DNA of 40,028 nucleotides from positions 43,086 through 83,113 of the forward strand of contig NW_026305254.1 of the NCBI RefSeq assembly GCF_001194135.2, read 5' to 3'. This document shows, piece after piece, positions 23,099-33,281 of this stretch; positions within the stretch are counted from its first letter, which is position 1; each line of letters begins with the position of its first letter. This DNA comes from Octopus bimaculoides (taxonomy: Eukaryota). The position numbers were made by a program, and so were the translations under genes. The notes beneath the pieces are model-generated. The model did no database searches. It was not told where the DNA came from and worked only from the letters and a program-made list of their open reading frames with translations.

Positions 23099-23784
23099 CT
23101 GAAACAACTGCAGCTGGATCGTGCATCACCGACAGTAATCTTTTTTTTGTTTATTTTTTTTTTGTTTGTCTCATTGTGATTAATTTATTTCTCAAAAAGC
23201 TTTCCAAAAAACTGACCACCATGCATCCACCACTAGCCATATTATTTCCTTCCAGTTGCCATTTGGGTTCCGGTAACATAACCATCATCATCATCATCAT
23301 CATCACCACCTTGTACACATTTTTCTATCATATACCATGCTCCACAAAACCATCATGGCACCTTGTCGGGAGAGAGCTTGGAGGACCAGTTTCCTCCTAT
23401 CACCATCAGTTGCAGCAGCAGCATCAGGAAGACAGCGTTTCCATCACAACATGCCCAAACTAACCACCAGAATCGTTTCGCCGTCATTTTCCTCCATTTT
23501 TTTTTCCTTCCATTTACAATCGATTCACATTTTTTTTGTGATATTTTTGATACTTTTCCTCTAGAGACCACCAGACGAGATGAGACGAGAACCAGGCGAA
23601 GGGGAGGCCCCCCGCGCACGCCAACAACGGCGGGGGGGCCCCCAGCCAGCCAGCCAGCCAAGCCAAGGGGGGCACCACATACCAGAACAAAAACCAGACC
23701 AGACCAGTTTTATATTTGAGACCAAAACCATCACCATCACCAAAAACCATTCACAGAACCATACCATAGCCATTAACCACATCC
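23099..23784 (-). other. Candidate PTC-containing poison or alternative terminal exon of the SRSF7-like gene
   Basis: Acceptor cttacctatttttatcag| after a long pyrimidine tract; donor TTTCAG|gtatgt at 23098. Spliced to exon 2 it reads RDVVNGYGMVL then TGA (23753-23751). Two AATAAA near the 3' end. Confidence 0.5.
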
Positions 23785-24231
23785 CTGATAAAAATAGGTA
23801 AGACTGTGAAAGAATCGGTTGTCTGCTAACAGCAATATGGTTTGTTAAAAACACACAGAGAACAAAAATAATAAGGAACGGAGAGAAAAGGAAAGAGAGA
23901 AAGAGAGAGAATTGTTTTTTTTTTTTTAATACAGGGGGGAGAAAAAATATATCTAAATTAAACAACATAAACAGTATTGAGACAAATCTACATACACACG
24001 TGTACGTATATGTGTATGTATATATATAAAAATATATATATGTATATGTACACACACATACACATATATACAACATGTGCATATCCTCATCATCAATATA
24101 TATGCACACACACACACACATGTATATATATGTATACATATACACACATATAAACAAATATACGTTTATATATGTATACATGTGTGTGTGTGTGTATATA
24201 CACATAGATTATATATATGAANNNNNNNNNN

Positions 24232-24292
<61 letters not shown>

Positions 24293-24704
24293 CTTCACAA
24301 TTCACAGTTGAATAAAAAGAAGGATTTAAAAAAAGTTAATTACAGAGAATAAACAAATTAAACTGAAAAAAATAATTACACACTCACGCATACAGATACA
24401 CACATAAATTTATACAAACGCCAACGTGCATACAAATATGAATACACAGTCATACACACACACACACACACACATTCATACACATTACAGACACACATAT
24501 TTACATATGTAAATAAAGAATTTGTATGATTAATTCCTGAAAATTGAAGAAATTATGGAATAATTTTAAAATAAATAAAACAAAATTAAAAAGGAAAAAA
24601 TATTTTTTTAAATATCGGTTACAAAGAAAAATAGTATAATTATAATAATAATAATAATAATAATAATACCCAATTTGGGAACCACTGGTGTACATTGCTT
24701 TGTC

Positions 24705-25195
24705 TTAGTATAAAAGATGAGCTACAGCAAATATTCTGCTCAATACCACAGATTTGCTTGTCAGTCGTTTGACCTTAACCAGCTGAGCATGTCCCTCGGT
24801 GGCTGACGATATGTGCATCTCTATCACGAGCAGAAGTAGTGGGGGAGCATCAGAGCCATGTGTTGAGAGGAATTCTTTGGGGTTTGAATAATTTTACCTC
24901 TGGAAACATGGGTGTTTCGTTCAACATCCTTAAACAACCCTTATTCAGGGACCTTTTGAGTGGGACGGGCTAATCGACCTGAAGGAAATTCTAATCGGGC
25001 CGCACCTGCAAGGTCATGCACTGTTTAACTTGGTGTGAAGTCACCATGTCACGCACATATGGTTGTGAGGCATGTGCCTGGTGTACCCTGATCAGACGGG
25101 TAGTCACGATGGGTATACTGGGCTTCGTATATTTTACCCCAGGGTCACTTTGATGACATGTGCTGCTCTCTCACTCAATAATAATAATAGTAATG
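24705..25195. mobile_element. Interspersed repeat of about 480 bp ending at an (AAT)n tract
   Basis: Higher-GC block bounded by (AAT)n tracts; recognised as a common repeat type in such genomes; family not determined. Confidence 0.45.
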
Positions 25196-25352
25196 ATCAA
25201 ATAGTACGAAAATACTTAAAAAATCAAAAAGTGAAAATGCAATGGAGAAAAATGAAAAGAACATACATACAATGTATGCAATAGAAATACATGTGGATAC
25301 ACATACACACAATGTACACAAAAGGAAAGGAAAATATGATGGTGGTAGATAC

Positions 25353-25523
25353 CTGCTGACGTAGCGGCGTCTGGGGTAGCGTCTGGAGTCGTCACAGTCA
25401 CGGAAGAAGTGTCCCTTGCGTCCGCACTGGTAGCAACGTAGGTTGGGGTCAAACACACGCCGGCGCCTCCCCCTTGTGCGGGGCCGTGCCAATGAGACGC
25501 GGATCCGACCACCACTCAACAAT
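25353..25523 (-). CDS. SRSF7-like coding exon 2: end of RRM plus CCHC zinc knuckle
   Basis: Acceptor ctctccag|, donor CAG|gtatct; LLSGGRIRVSLARPRTRGRRRRVFDPNLRCYQCGRKGHFFRDC (CX2CX4HX4C; the FDPN.RCY.CG.KGH...DC pattern is SRSF7/9G8-type); phase 2 to 2. Confidence 0.92.
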
Positions 25524-26076
25524 CTGGAGAGGCAACGTCAATGCAGCCATCAAATTGAATTGGTAAATGGAGAGACGTGACCATCAAGATGGAGTGAAGA
25601 TTCGGCAAGAGGTTTTGAAAGAAAAAAAGGAAAGAAAGAAAAGAAAAAAAATGACAAAATTACTAATGACGAAGTTTTTTTTTTTAATAATCAACAAATC
25701 AACATAAATGAAGACATGGCAGCATGATTAAGAAGCTTGTCTTGCAATCTCGTGATCCTGGGTTAATCCCAGACTACAGATTACTGAATTATCAGAAAGG
25801 GTGGGACGATTTGTGAGCTCCTCGTACTGCAGATTTCTGCTGGTGCTTCAGGACAAAAATTCACATGAGTCTCAGCTCGCACAGCAAATTACTCGTACAA
25901 TGGGGCACTTATACTGTAAGGTCCTACTGTATGTGACTGTCGATAGCAGATATGAAGGGGATCCTGAAGATGTAGCTCAGAGGAGAGGGAGAGACAAGTG
26001 GGGGGTGGGGGTGATGCCCACACTGACACACTCCCCCCCCACACACACACACACGAAAACAGTAAACAGCCCTTAC

Positions 26077-26351
26077 TTGCCATCCATCTCTTTGATGGCT
26101 GCATCAGCATCTTCGCGATATTTATAAACGATGAAGGCAAAGCAAGGGGGGCTCTTGGCCACCCACACCTCCAGCAGCTTGCCAAACTTCTCAAACACGC
26201 ACTCCAGCTCCCTCTTTGAGGGATCCTCGCCCAAGTCAGCCACGTGGACCCGGACTCCGTCTTCTGAAGGGCTGCGACTCCGACTACGGCTGTGGCTGTA
26301 ACTGTAGCTGTACCAACGCCTCTCCTGTGACCGGGAGCGTGAACGGCCCAT
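26077..26351 (-). CDS. SRSF7/SRSF3-family SR protein, coding exon 1: N-terminal RS stretch plus RRM
   Basis: Acceptor tttcatttgcag| then CCACCATGG (perfect Kozak, ATG at 26351); VRVHVADLG...ELECVFEKFGKLLEVWVAKSPPCFAFIVY...DADAAIKEMDG; donor AA|gtaagg. Confidence 0.92.
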
Positions 26352-28427
26352 GGTGGCTGCAAATGAAAGAAAAGCGACAAAAATTATTGCAACAGAAAAT
26401 TTTTTCCAAAAATATGTAAAAAGCTTGCTTCCCAACCACATGATTTCAAGTTCAGTCCCACTGCATGGCACCATAGTGTCTTCTGCAACAACCTCAGGCT
26501 GACCAGAGCTTTGTGAGTAAATTTGGTAGACGGAAACTAGAAGAATCCCATCACATATATATACACACATCATATATTGGCATGGATGAGTGGTAAGAAG
26601 TTTGCTTCTGAAGCACATACTTCTTGGCTCTGTCCCATTGCATGGCACCTTAGGCAAGTGTCTTCTACCATAGCCCCAGGCTGACCACAACCTGGAGAGT
26701 TGATTTGATATAGAGGGAAACTGAAAGAAGCACGTCCTGTACATATATATCTATGTGCGTGTTCCTTTATGTCTCTGTGCCCAACCACTGCTTGACAACT
26801 GGTGTTGGTGTGTTTACATCCCTGTAACTTAGCAGTACCGGGGATGATTCATTAAACTAAAAATTCTCTTAGGCAGTGCTCCAGCATGGTCCCCAGTCAA
26901 ATGACTGAAACAAATGAAAGGTAACATTGTTTAGTTGTTGGCCAGTCCTGATGGAGTCTTGTAGTATAGCACTGGGCTAACCAAAGCCTGGTGAGTGGAC
27001 CTGGCAGGTGGAAACTGAAAGGAGTCTACTGGTTATACAAATATAGGTGAAAGTTAATGACAGCAAGGGCATCCAGTTGTTGAAAAATATGCCTCAACGC
27101 ATTCAATCCAATCCATGCAAGCATGGAAAAGTGGATGTCGAAACAATGCCGGTGATGATTCACAATAGAAGATTAAATGCGAACTCAGTCATGTTTGAAA
27201 GATAAACAAATTTATGCAACAGAAATTATAAATCACATTCTATAGACCTCAAACTTACATGTCTGTTTCCCTGTTGATTAGTTTTCCTGTTTATGGTAAG
27301 CTGGAAAGAGAAAGCAGTGGCTGTGTTGAGAGAGATGCANNNNNNNNNNNNNNNNNNNNNNNNNNNNNNNNNNNNNNNNNNNNNNNNNNNNNNNNNNNNN
27401 NNNNNNNNNNNNNNNNNNNNNNNNNNNNNNNNNNNNNNNNNNNNNNNNNNNNNNNNNNNNNNNNNNNNNNNNNNNNNNNNNNNNNNNNNNNNNNNNNNNN
27501 NNNNNNNNNNNNNNNNNNNNNNNNNNNNNNNNNNNNNNNNNNNNNNNNNNNNNNNNNNNNNNNNNNNNGTGGAGTCTCGTGGGGTGGGGGTGGGGGCTAC
27601 GGATGTGGACTGGGTGCCAGAGAGGAGGCAGTTTGGGAACTGCTGATCTAAGAGGATAGGTACGCTGAGTGTTACAACTGGTCGGACCGTCGGGTTCCAA
27701 GTCCACAGCTGAGGCTGGATCTGGGGATCCGTATTAGGGTTCCGTTATACCTGGTATTATATGAGAAGAAAGAGCCAATCGAAGGCAGAACAAATATCTC
27801 AAGTCATCTAGAATAATCCAATTAGGGTAAGTGTTACAGCAGGGATAACCCGTCATCAGAGACAAGGTATGAAGGTTTTAGAAATATATAAGGGAAAAGT
27901 TACAGTTTACAAAGAATAAAATCTATTCAGTTTATAAGGAATACAAGTCATATAATGAACATGCATATGGTTTACACGCGTGCGCCTGTCGAAGTGTATA
28001 TATATGTATATATATATATAACGAGCTTATATCATCAGCGTATTTCCAAGGAGTTTCCACTCCACGACGTGTCTACATAAGTGTATATATCTCTACGCGC
28101 ACACAGGCATATATATACACACATATAAAAGCACAGACGCAAGGATGGTTATATACATATCAAGGTCTAAATGTCTTGACATACTTTCTCGCCGATCAAG
28201 TAAATTAGTTTTTCCGATTTCGTGCAGATTTTCATAATTGAAAATCCTAGATTAATTAATTACCACAGGTCTGCATTAATTAATATATAATTAAAATGAA
28301 ATTGTTTTATAAAAGAATTACAATTAACAATCCTCTAAATACCAACGTAGGAAAAGAGGCAAAAGAAACTATACACACACATCTATACACGTACACACGT
28401 ATATATATATATATACATATACACGTA

Positions 28428-28461
<34 letters not shown>

Positions 28462-28978
28462 CACACAAACATCTATATATACTTCGTATGTGTATTTCGT
28501 GTGCAAGATTCTTGATGTGGATACGTGTGTTTAATTGTATCTATATATACGTACACACGCATATATATACATATACACGTGTGTATATATACATACACAC
28601 ACCAATCATCGAAGGACACATCTTCTACATATACGTAAATATACATTATATATACGTGCACACATATACACTAACAGATATTCGTATATGTATATATGCA
28701 TACACATCCCATCAACATAGACACATCAATTATATCCATGCATACATTNNNNNNNNNNNNNNNNNNNNNNNNNNNNNNNNNNNNNNNNNNNNNNNNNNNN
28801 NNNNNNNNNNNNNNNNNNNNNNNNNNNNNNNNNNNNNNNNNNNNNNNNNNNNNNNNNNNNNNNNNNNNNNNNNNNNNNNNNNNNNNNNNNNNNNNNNNNN
28901 NNNNNNNNNNNNNNNNNNNNNNNNNNNNNNNNNNNNNNNNNNNNNNNNNNNNNNNNNNNNNNNNNNNNNNNNNNNNNN

Positions 28979-29028
<50 letters not shown>

Positions 29029-29809
29029 GTATTAACATTTAAAATGTCGTCTGATAGGAAACGTAGTCATATATGTGGATATATAAAGAGCTCGTTTTAT
29101 GGTTTCAAAGGACGAATAAAGACAAATCAATGCTTCAAAAGAAAGTCGAAAGGTTGCATTGTAAAGATGACCATAATAAAAGATCAGATGGTGAAGGAGA
29201 GATGCCAAATGAGGGCGGATAAAAAAGAGAAGCAAGAGGCAGAGATCGTTAGCCATACATACTGAACAAGTTCCTTCTTGGTATTAACGATACATACGTC
29301 ACGACTTTAAGTTTCGTAGCATTCGGCAGTTTCCGGTAAACTTCGGAGACACTCATAGTTGTACACTACACACACACACACAGATAGATAAGTCTATATA
29401 TTCTGCGAGAGATAGGCAAATATATATATATATATATAATAATAATAATTAATTTGTGCGTGCACATGTGTATGTGTGTGTGTATGGATCGATGTATGTA
29501 CGCAAGGATGTGTATGCGTGCATATTATAAAGTGTGGGGGGGGGAGATAACTTTTAAAATTGGCTTCTAATATTTTTTCATCTAATTATAAATGATCGTT
29601 GTTTTGCTTGCAAAAACTTTCAGTTATATGCTATAAAAAAAAAACATTAATTAATTTCCAGTATTTAATTTTTTTAAACGTTGTCGTAATATTGTCATCA
29701 CGCACAAAATGCCAGCTTCTAAATGCTGTTCTCTGATTGGATAAAAATAATCAAATTTTAATCATCTCTAACATTTTTCTGAAATTTTCCTGAAATAAAT
29801 AAATAATAT

Positions 29810-30130
29810 CGTCAGATTCAGCGTGGATAATTATATCAATACACCAAACACAAAAGTTTTCTGGAGGAGAAACGAAACGTAACGCATCATTCGCCGACTT
29901 CGTTTTTGTATGAGTCCGACCCGTTCACCATAAAGACTCGATTTTCTCTCAAATTTAATCTTTTTGGGGGTTTATTTTGGATCCTAAAATTGGTAAGTCT
30001 TTTTTTCATCCTTAATCGTACGATATAGAGTTTATAGAATACAAATTCGGAGGAACTTTCCGAGAATGCCAAAAACGGAACGACTTACGACTGGATGAAA
30101 CGATGACATTCTAAGATGTCTTTTTTTCGT
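29810..30130. promoter_or_regulatory. Candidate promoter / non-coding first exon of the SRSF7-like gene
   Basis: CpG-rich unique island about 3.7 kb upstream of the acceptor at 26357; minus-strand donor TC|GTAAGT (30088); also a plus-strand donor TG|GTAAGT (29993). Confidence 0.35.
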
Positions 30131-30717
30131 CCAACCTCCGATAATAATGTTCAGCTATTTAACGATGGTATTTTTATGAACCTAAACATGATATTAAAGC
30201 CTTCATTTCCTCTAGCAATTTGTCCTGTGTCGCCTTTGATAATAGCAACGTTGTATCTGTTATTCATTCATATATTCCGGTCAATAGACTGTGGCCACGC
30301 TGGGGCACCGCCTTGCGGAATGAGTCAATCCCAGTAATTATTATCTTTTTTTATAGTACTTGTTCAGTCTTTGCTGAACTGCGAAGTTACGGGGACGTAA
30401 ACACACCAACACCTGTTGTCAAAGGGTGATGGAAGCGGTGGTGGGGACAAACACACGCACACACATCCAGCTGATCCAATGACAGTTCTGCAAGTCAAGG
30501 CGAAAGATTGCCCCTATATAATACTTAGCTCCTGTGGAGGGCACTTTTGAGGTCTTCGGCCCCACTATCGGGCAGCTAAGAATTTTGCCAGCTGGTTTGC
30601 ACACTACGGCAGCACCATTGTCTTGTTTATTCTGTGTAACGTCCTTTCTTTTTTTTATTTCAGATGCTTCAGCGTTTGGGTGAACCACTCTGATAGTGTT
30701 TCTCCTCTCTAAGAACA

Positions 30718-31276
30718 ATGGGACGTGGAAAAGGCCTTAACAAGGAAGAGAAATCTATCATCATGAAGGAAAGTACCAAAGGCACCTCTCTTCATGTCAT
30801 TGCGGAGAAGTTAGGCCGTCATGTGGACACGGTTAGACGATTCCTGAAGGACCCTTCACCAAGGAAGAAACGATCCGATTGTGGGACCTCCAAAACTGTG
30901 ACAGCTAGGGATTTAAGGAATATTGGCCACAAGTTACGTGAGAAACCTGGACAAACAAGCAAAGACATTTTCGCTGCCTCCGGACTCCCTCATGTACCGA
31001 AAACCACCAGAAATCGCATCCTTGGGACCATGGCTTCTGTTGTTCAAGAACCCCTGAAACTGCCTCCTTTAATGCCACATCGAAAATCTTTGGTCCATCA
31101 TTAAACAAGATGTTTATGCCGATGGATGCCAATTTACATCGAAAGATGTCTTATGGGTGACCATCAAAACTGCCACAGAGGCAATCCAACCTGCTACTAT
31201 TAAGAAATTGACAGATTCCATGATTAATAAGGTTTTTGAAGTTATCCGTTGAAACGGCACTCATGTGGCTAAATAA
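30718..31276 (+). pseudogene. Internally deleted Tc1/Tc3-like transposase
   Basis: N-terminal paired HTH-like region (MGRGKGL...IAEKLGRHVDTVRRFL...SGLPHVPKTTRNRIL) joined out of frame at about 31079 to the C-terminus IENLWSIIKQDVYADG.QFTSKD.LW...IKKLTDSM...FEVIR*NG; central DDE core missing; internal stop. Confidence 0.85.
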
Positions 31277-31991
31277 TTCATTATGTCAATAAATGTTATA
31301 ATACGATCATGGTTTTCTGTTAAATATACTCAATGTATGCTTGATATATATCATCACACTTCATTTTCTGAAAGAAAAAAAACATGTCTAGATGGGCTAT
31401 TTTCATACAAAAGCTATTAATGTGGTTCACCCCAAAACTGAAGAATCTGAAATGATAAAAAAAAGGACATTACCAAGAATATTGAAAGCATGAGAATGGT
31501 GTTGCCATATTGTGGGAAATAGCTGGCAAAAGTCTTATCAAAATCAATTCACAGAAAACTGAGAAATCCTAAATTTCACTTTTAAGCTATTAGCATGGTT
31601 CCGGGTGTGTATATATTATATATATATACATGCTTTCCCTGATGAGAAGGTTACAATTTTAATATCAAAGATCCCTATGGAGCACACAGGTTGTAATCCT
31701 TTGAAACATATGTAGGAATAAAGTATGCAATTATAACATGCGTTTTCTCCAATCCTTAAATTCTTAAATATACTCAAATACCCAAAATTTCAAGGAGTTC
31801 CTGCCTTAAAAACAGGAACTAAACCACAGTTATTTTGTGTTCTTTGCTACATTGGTTTCTATTAACCCATTTATTCTATCAGAAGAATTTTTATTCATTA
31901 AGATAGAAGAAATACACATAATTATATATATATATATATGAATAATTAATGAGCTTTTAAAGAGAGTGGAGGATAAAGGGAGGTTTTTATA

Positions 31992-33281
31992 TATGAGGGG
32001 GTACTAAAAAGTTCTTAGCTTTACGGGTATCATGAAAGGATAGAGGTGTTACCTTTACAGGGGAGGTAGGACAACTGTTGAAGAGAAAATACGCAAAAAA
32101 TCCTGATGGTATACAATATATCTTTCTCTTTTTTGCAGATTTAACGCATGATGGCAACTCCTGCAGTGGATTTTGGTAAAGTTGAAGCACGGGCAATCAT
32201 GAAGTTCCTTTTTTTGCAAGGCAAAGGAGCAGCAGAAATCCATGGCAAGATGAAAAAAGTCTTGAAAGATGGCTGCCCATCTTACTCCACAGTGAAAATC
32301 TGGGTGTCACGGTTTCGGACTGGTCATTTCGAGGTCACAGATGAACCCCGGTCAGGACGGCCAGCTTCTGCCACCACAGAGGACAAAACTGATGCTGTGC
32401 ATGTCATGATTCTCGAGGACCGCCGGATTTCCGATAAAAGCATAGCTGAAAGTCTGGGGATTTCCCGTGAAAGAGTTAGTCACATCATCTACAACATTCT
32501 GGATATGAGAAAGCTTTCTACAAAATGGGTCCCGAAATTCCTGAATGCTGATCAGAAGCGCATGAGAGTGGCGGCGTCAAAGGCGATTTTGGACCGGTTT
32601 GCGGCAGGAGAGGCTGATTTTATGGCTCGTTTAGTGACCATGGATGAAACTTGGCTTCATCATTACGATCCTCAGACCAAGCAGCAATCAATGGAGTTGC
32701 CCCACAGCGATCCACCACCTCCCAAGAAGTTCCGGAGCCAGGAGTCAGCTGGGAAGATTCTGGCTTCAGTGTTTTGGGACAAAGATGGAGTACTCCTCAT
32801 AAAATACCTGCCTGTGGATTGCACCAGGAACACAGAATACTACATTTCTCTGTTGGATGACCTGCGTGAAGCTTTGCAGCAGAAACGCTCTGGCAAGCTG
32901 AGCCGTGGCATCCTCTTTTTGCTGGACAATGCAAAAGTACATGAAGCTCTACGGAAAATACGTAACTTTGGGTTTGAATTGGTAAACCACCCACCTTACT
33001 CGCCTGATTTGGTCCCCTCTAACTATCACCTCTTTCCACAACTGAAGAAACATCTCAATGGAACGAAATTTTACTCCGATTCAGAAGTGATCGCTGCTAC
33101 AGTGGCCTGGTTGGAGGCCCAACCTTCCGAGTTCTTTTTACAAGGCTTAGAAAAACTGAAGGACCACTGCAATAAGTGTGTGAATCTGAAAGGGGAGTAT
33201 GTTGAATAAAATCATAGTTACCTGATCCTCCTCTATTTTCTTTCACCCAAAACCAGGAATTTTTGCAGCATCTCCATCATA
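31992..33281 (+). mobile_element. Full-length mariner (Tc1/mariner) DNA transposon
   Basis: TA flanks at 31992-93 and 33280-81; degenerate TIRs tgagggggtactaaaaagttcttagcttt / tgatggagatgctgcaaaaattcctggttt; about 1.29 kb. Confidence 0.85.
32148..33209 (+). CDS. Mariner transposase, 353 aa, uninterrupted ORF, catalytic triad D166-D260-N292
   Basis: Motifs PRSGRP, WVPKFL, MDETW, DNA, HPPYSPDLVPSNYHLF; the last motif is canonically YSPDLAPSDY. Confidence 0.93.
   Translation: MMATPAVDFGKVEARAIMKFLFLQGKGAAEIHGKMKKVLKDGCPSYSTVKIWVSRFRTGHFEVTDEPRSGRPASATTEDKTDAVHVMILEDRRISDKSIAESLGISRERVSHIIYNILDMRKLSTKWVPKFLNADQKRMRVAASKAILDRFAAGEADFMARLVTMDETWLHHYDPQTKQQSMELPHSDPPPPKKFRSQESAGKILASVFWDKDGVLLIKYLPVDCTRNTEYYISLLDDLREALQQKRSGKLSRGILFLLDNAKVHEALRKIRNFGFELVNHPPYSPDLVPSNYHLFPQLKKHLNGTKFYSDSEVIAATVAWLEAQPSEFFLQGLEKLKDHCNKCVNLKGEYVE

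Noticed and set aside
23099-23240. SRSF7-style Split-ORF2 (ATG in the poison exon spliced into the RS frame)
   Set aside because: In the phase-2 frame that would join exon 17051 there is a TAA and no later ATG; the nearest ATG joins in a non-RS frame.
23751-23753. Selenocysteine or programmed readthrough at the in-frame TGA
   Set aside because: No recognisable SECIS element or readthrough context (no CARYYA after the stop); kept only as a stop-start hypothesis.
1461-29265. Long ORFs full of X (e.g. 14907..16220, 19048..20094, 21580..22320, 28296..29042)
   Set aside because: They run through assembly gaps (1499-1954, 15234-16080, 19094-19990, 21698-22230, 27340-27568, 28749-28978) and are artefacts.
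32139-32150. SETMAR-like in-frame fusion of a host exon to the mariner transposase
   Set aside because: After the acceptor the sequence is ATT TAA CGC ATG, so the transposase frame has a stop before the ATG; only a 5'-UTR splice is possible.
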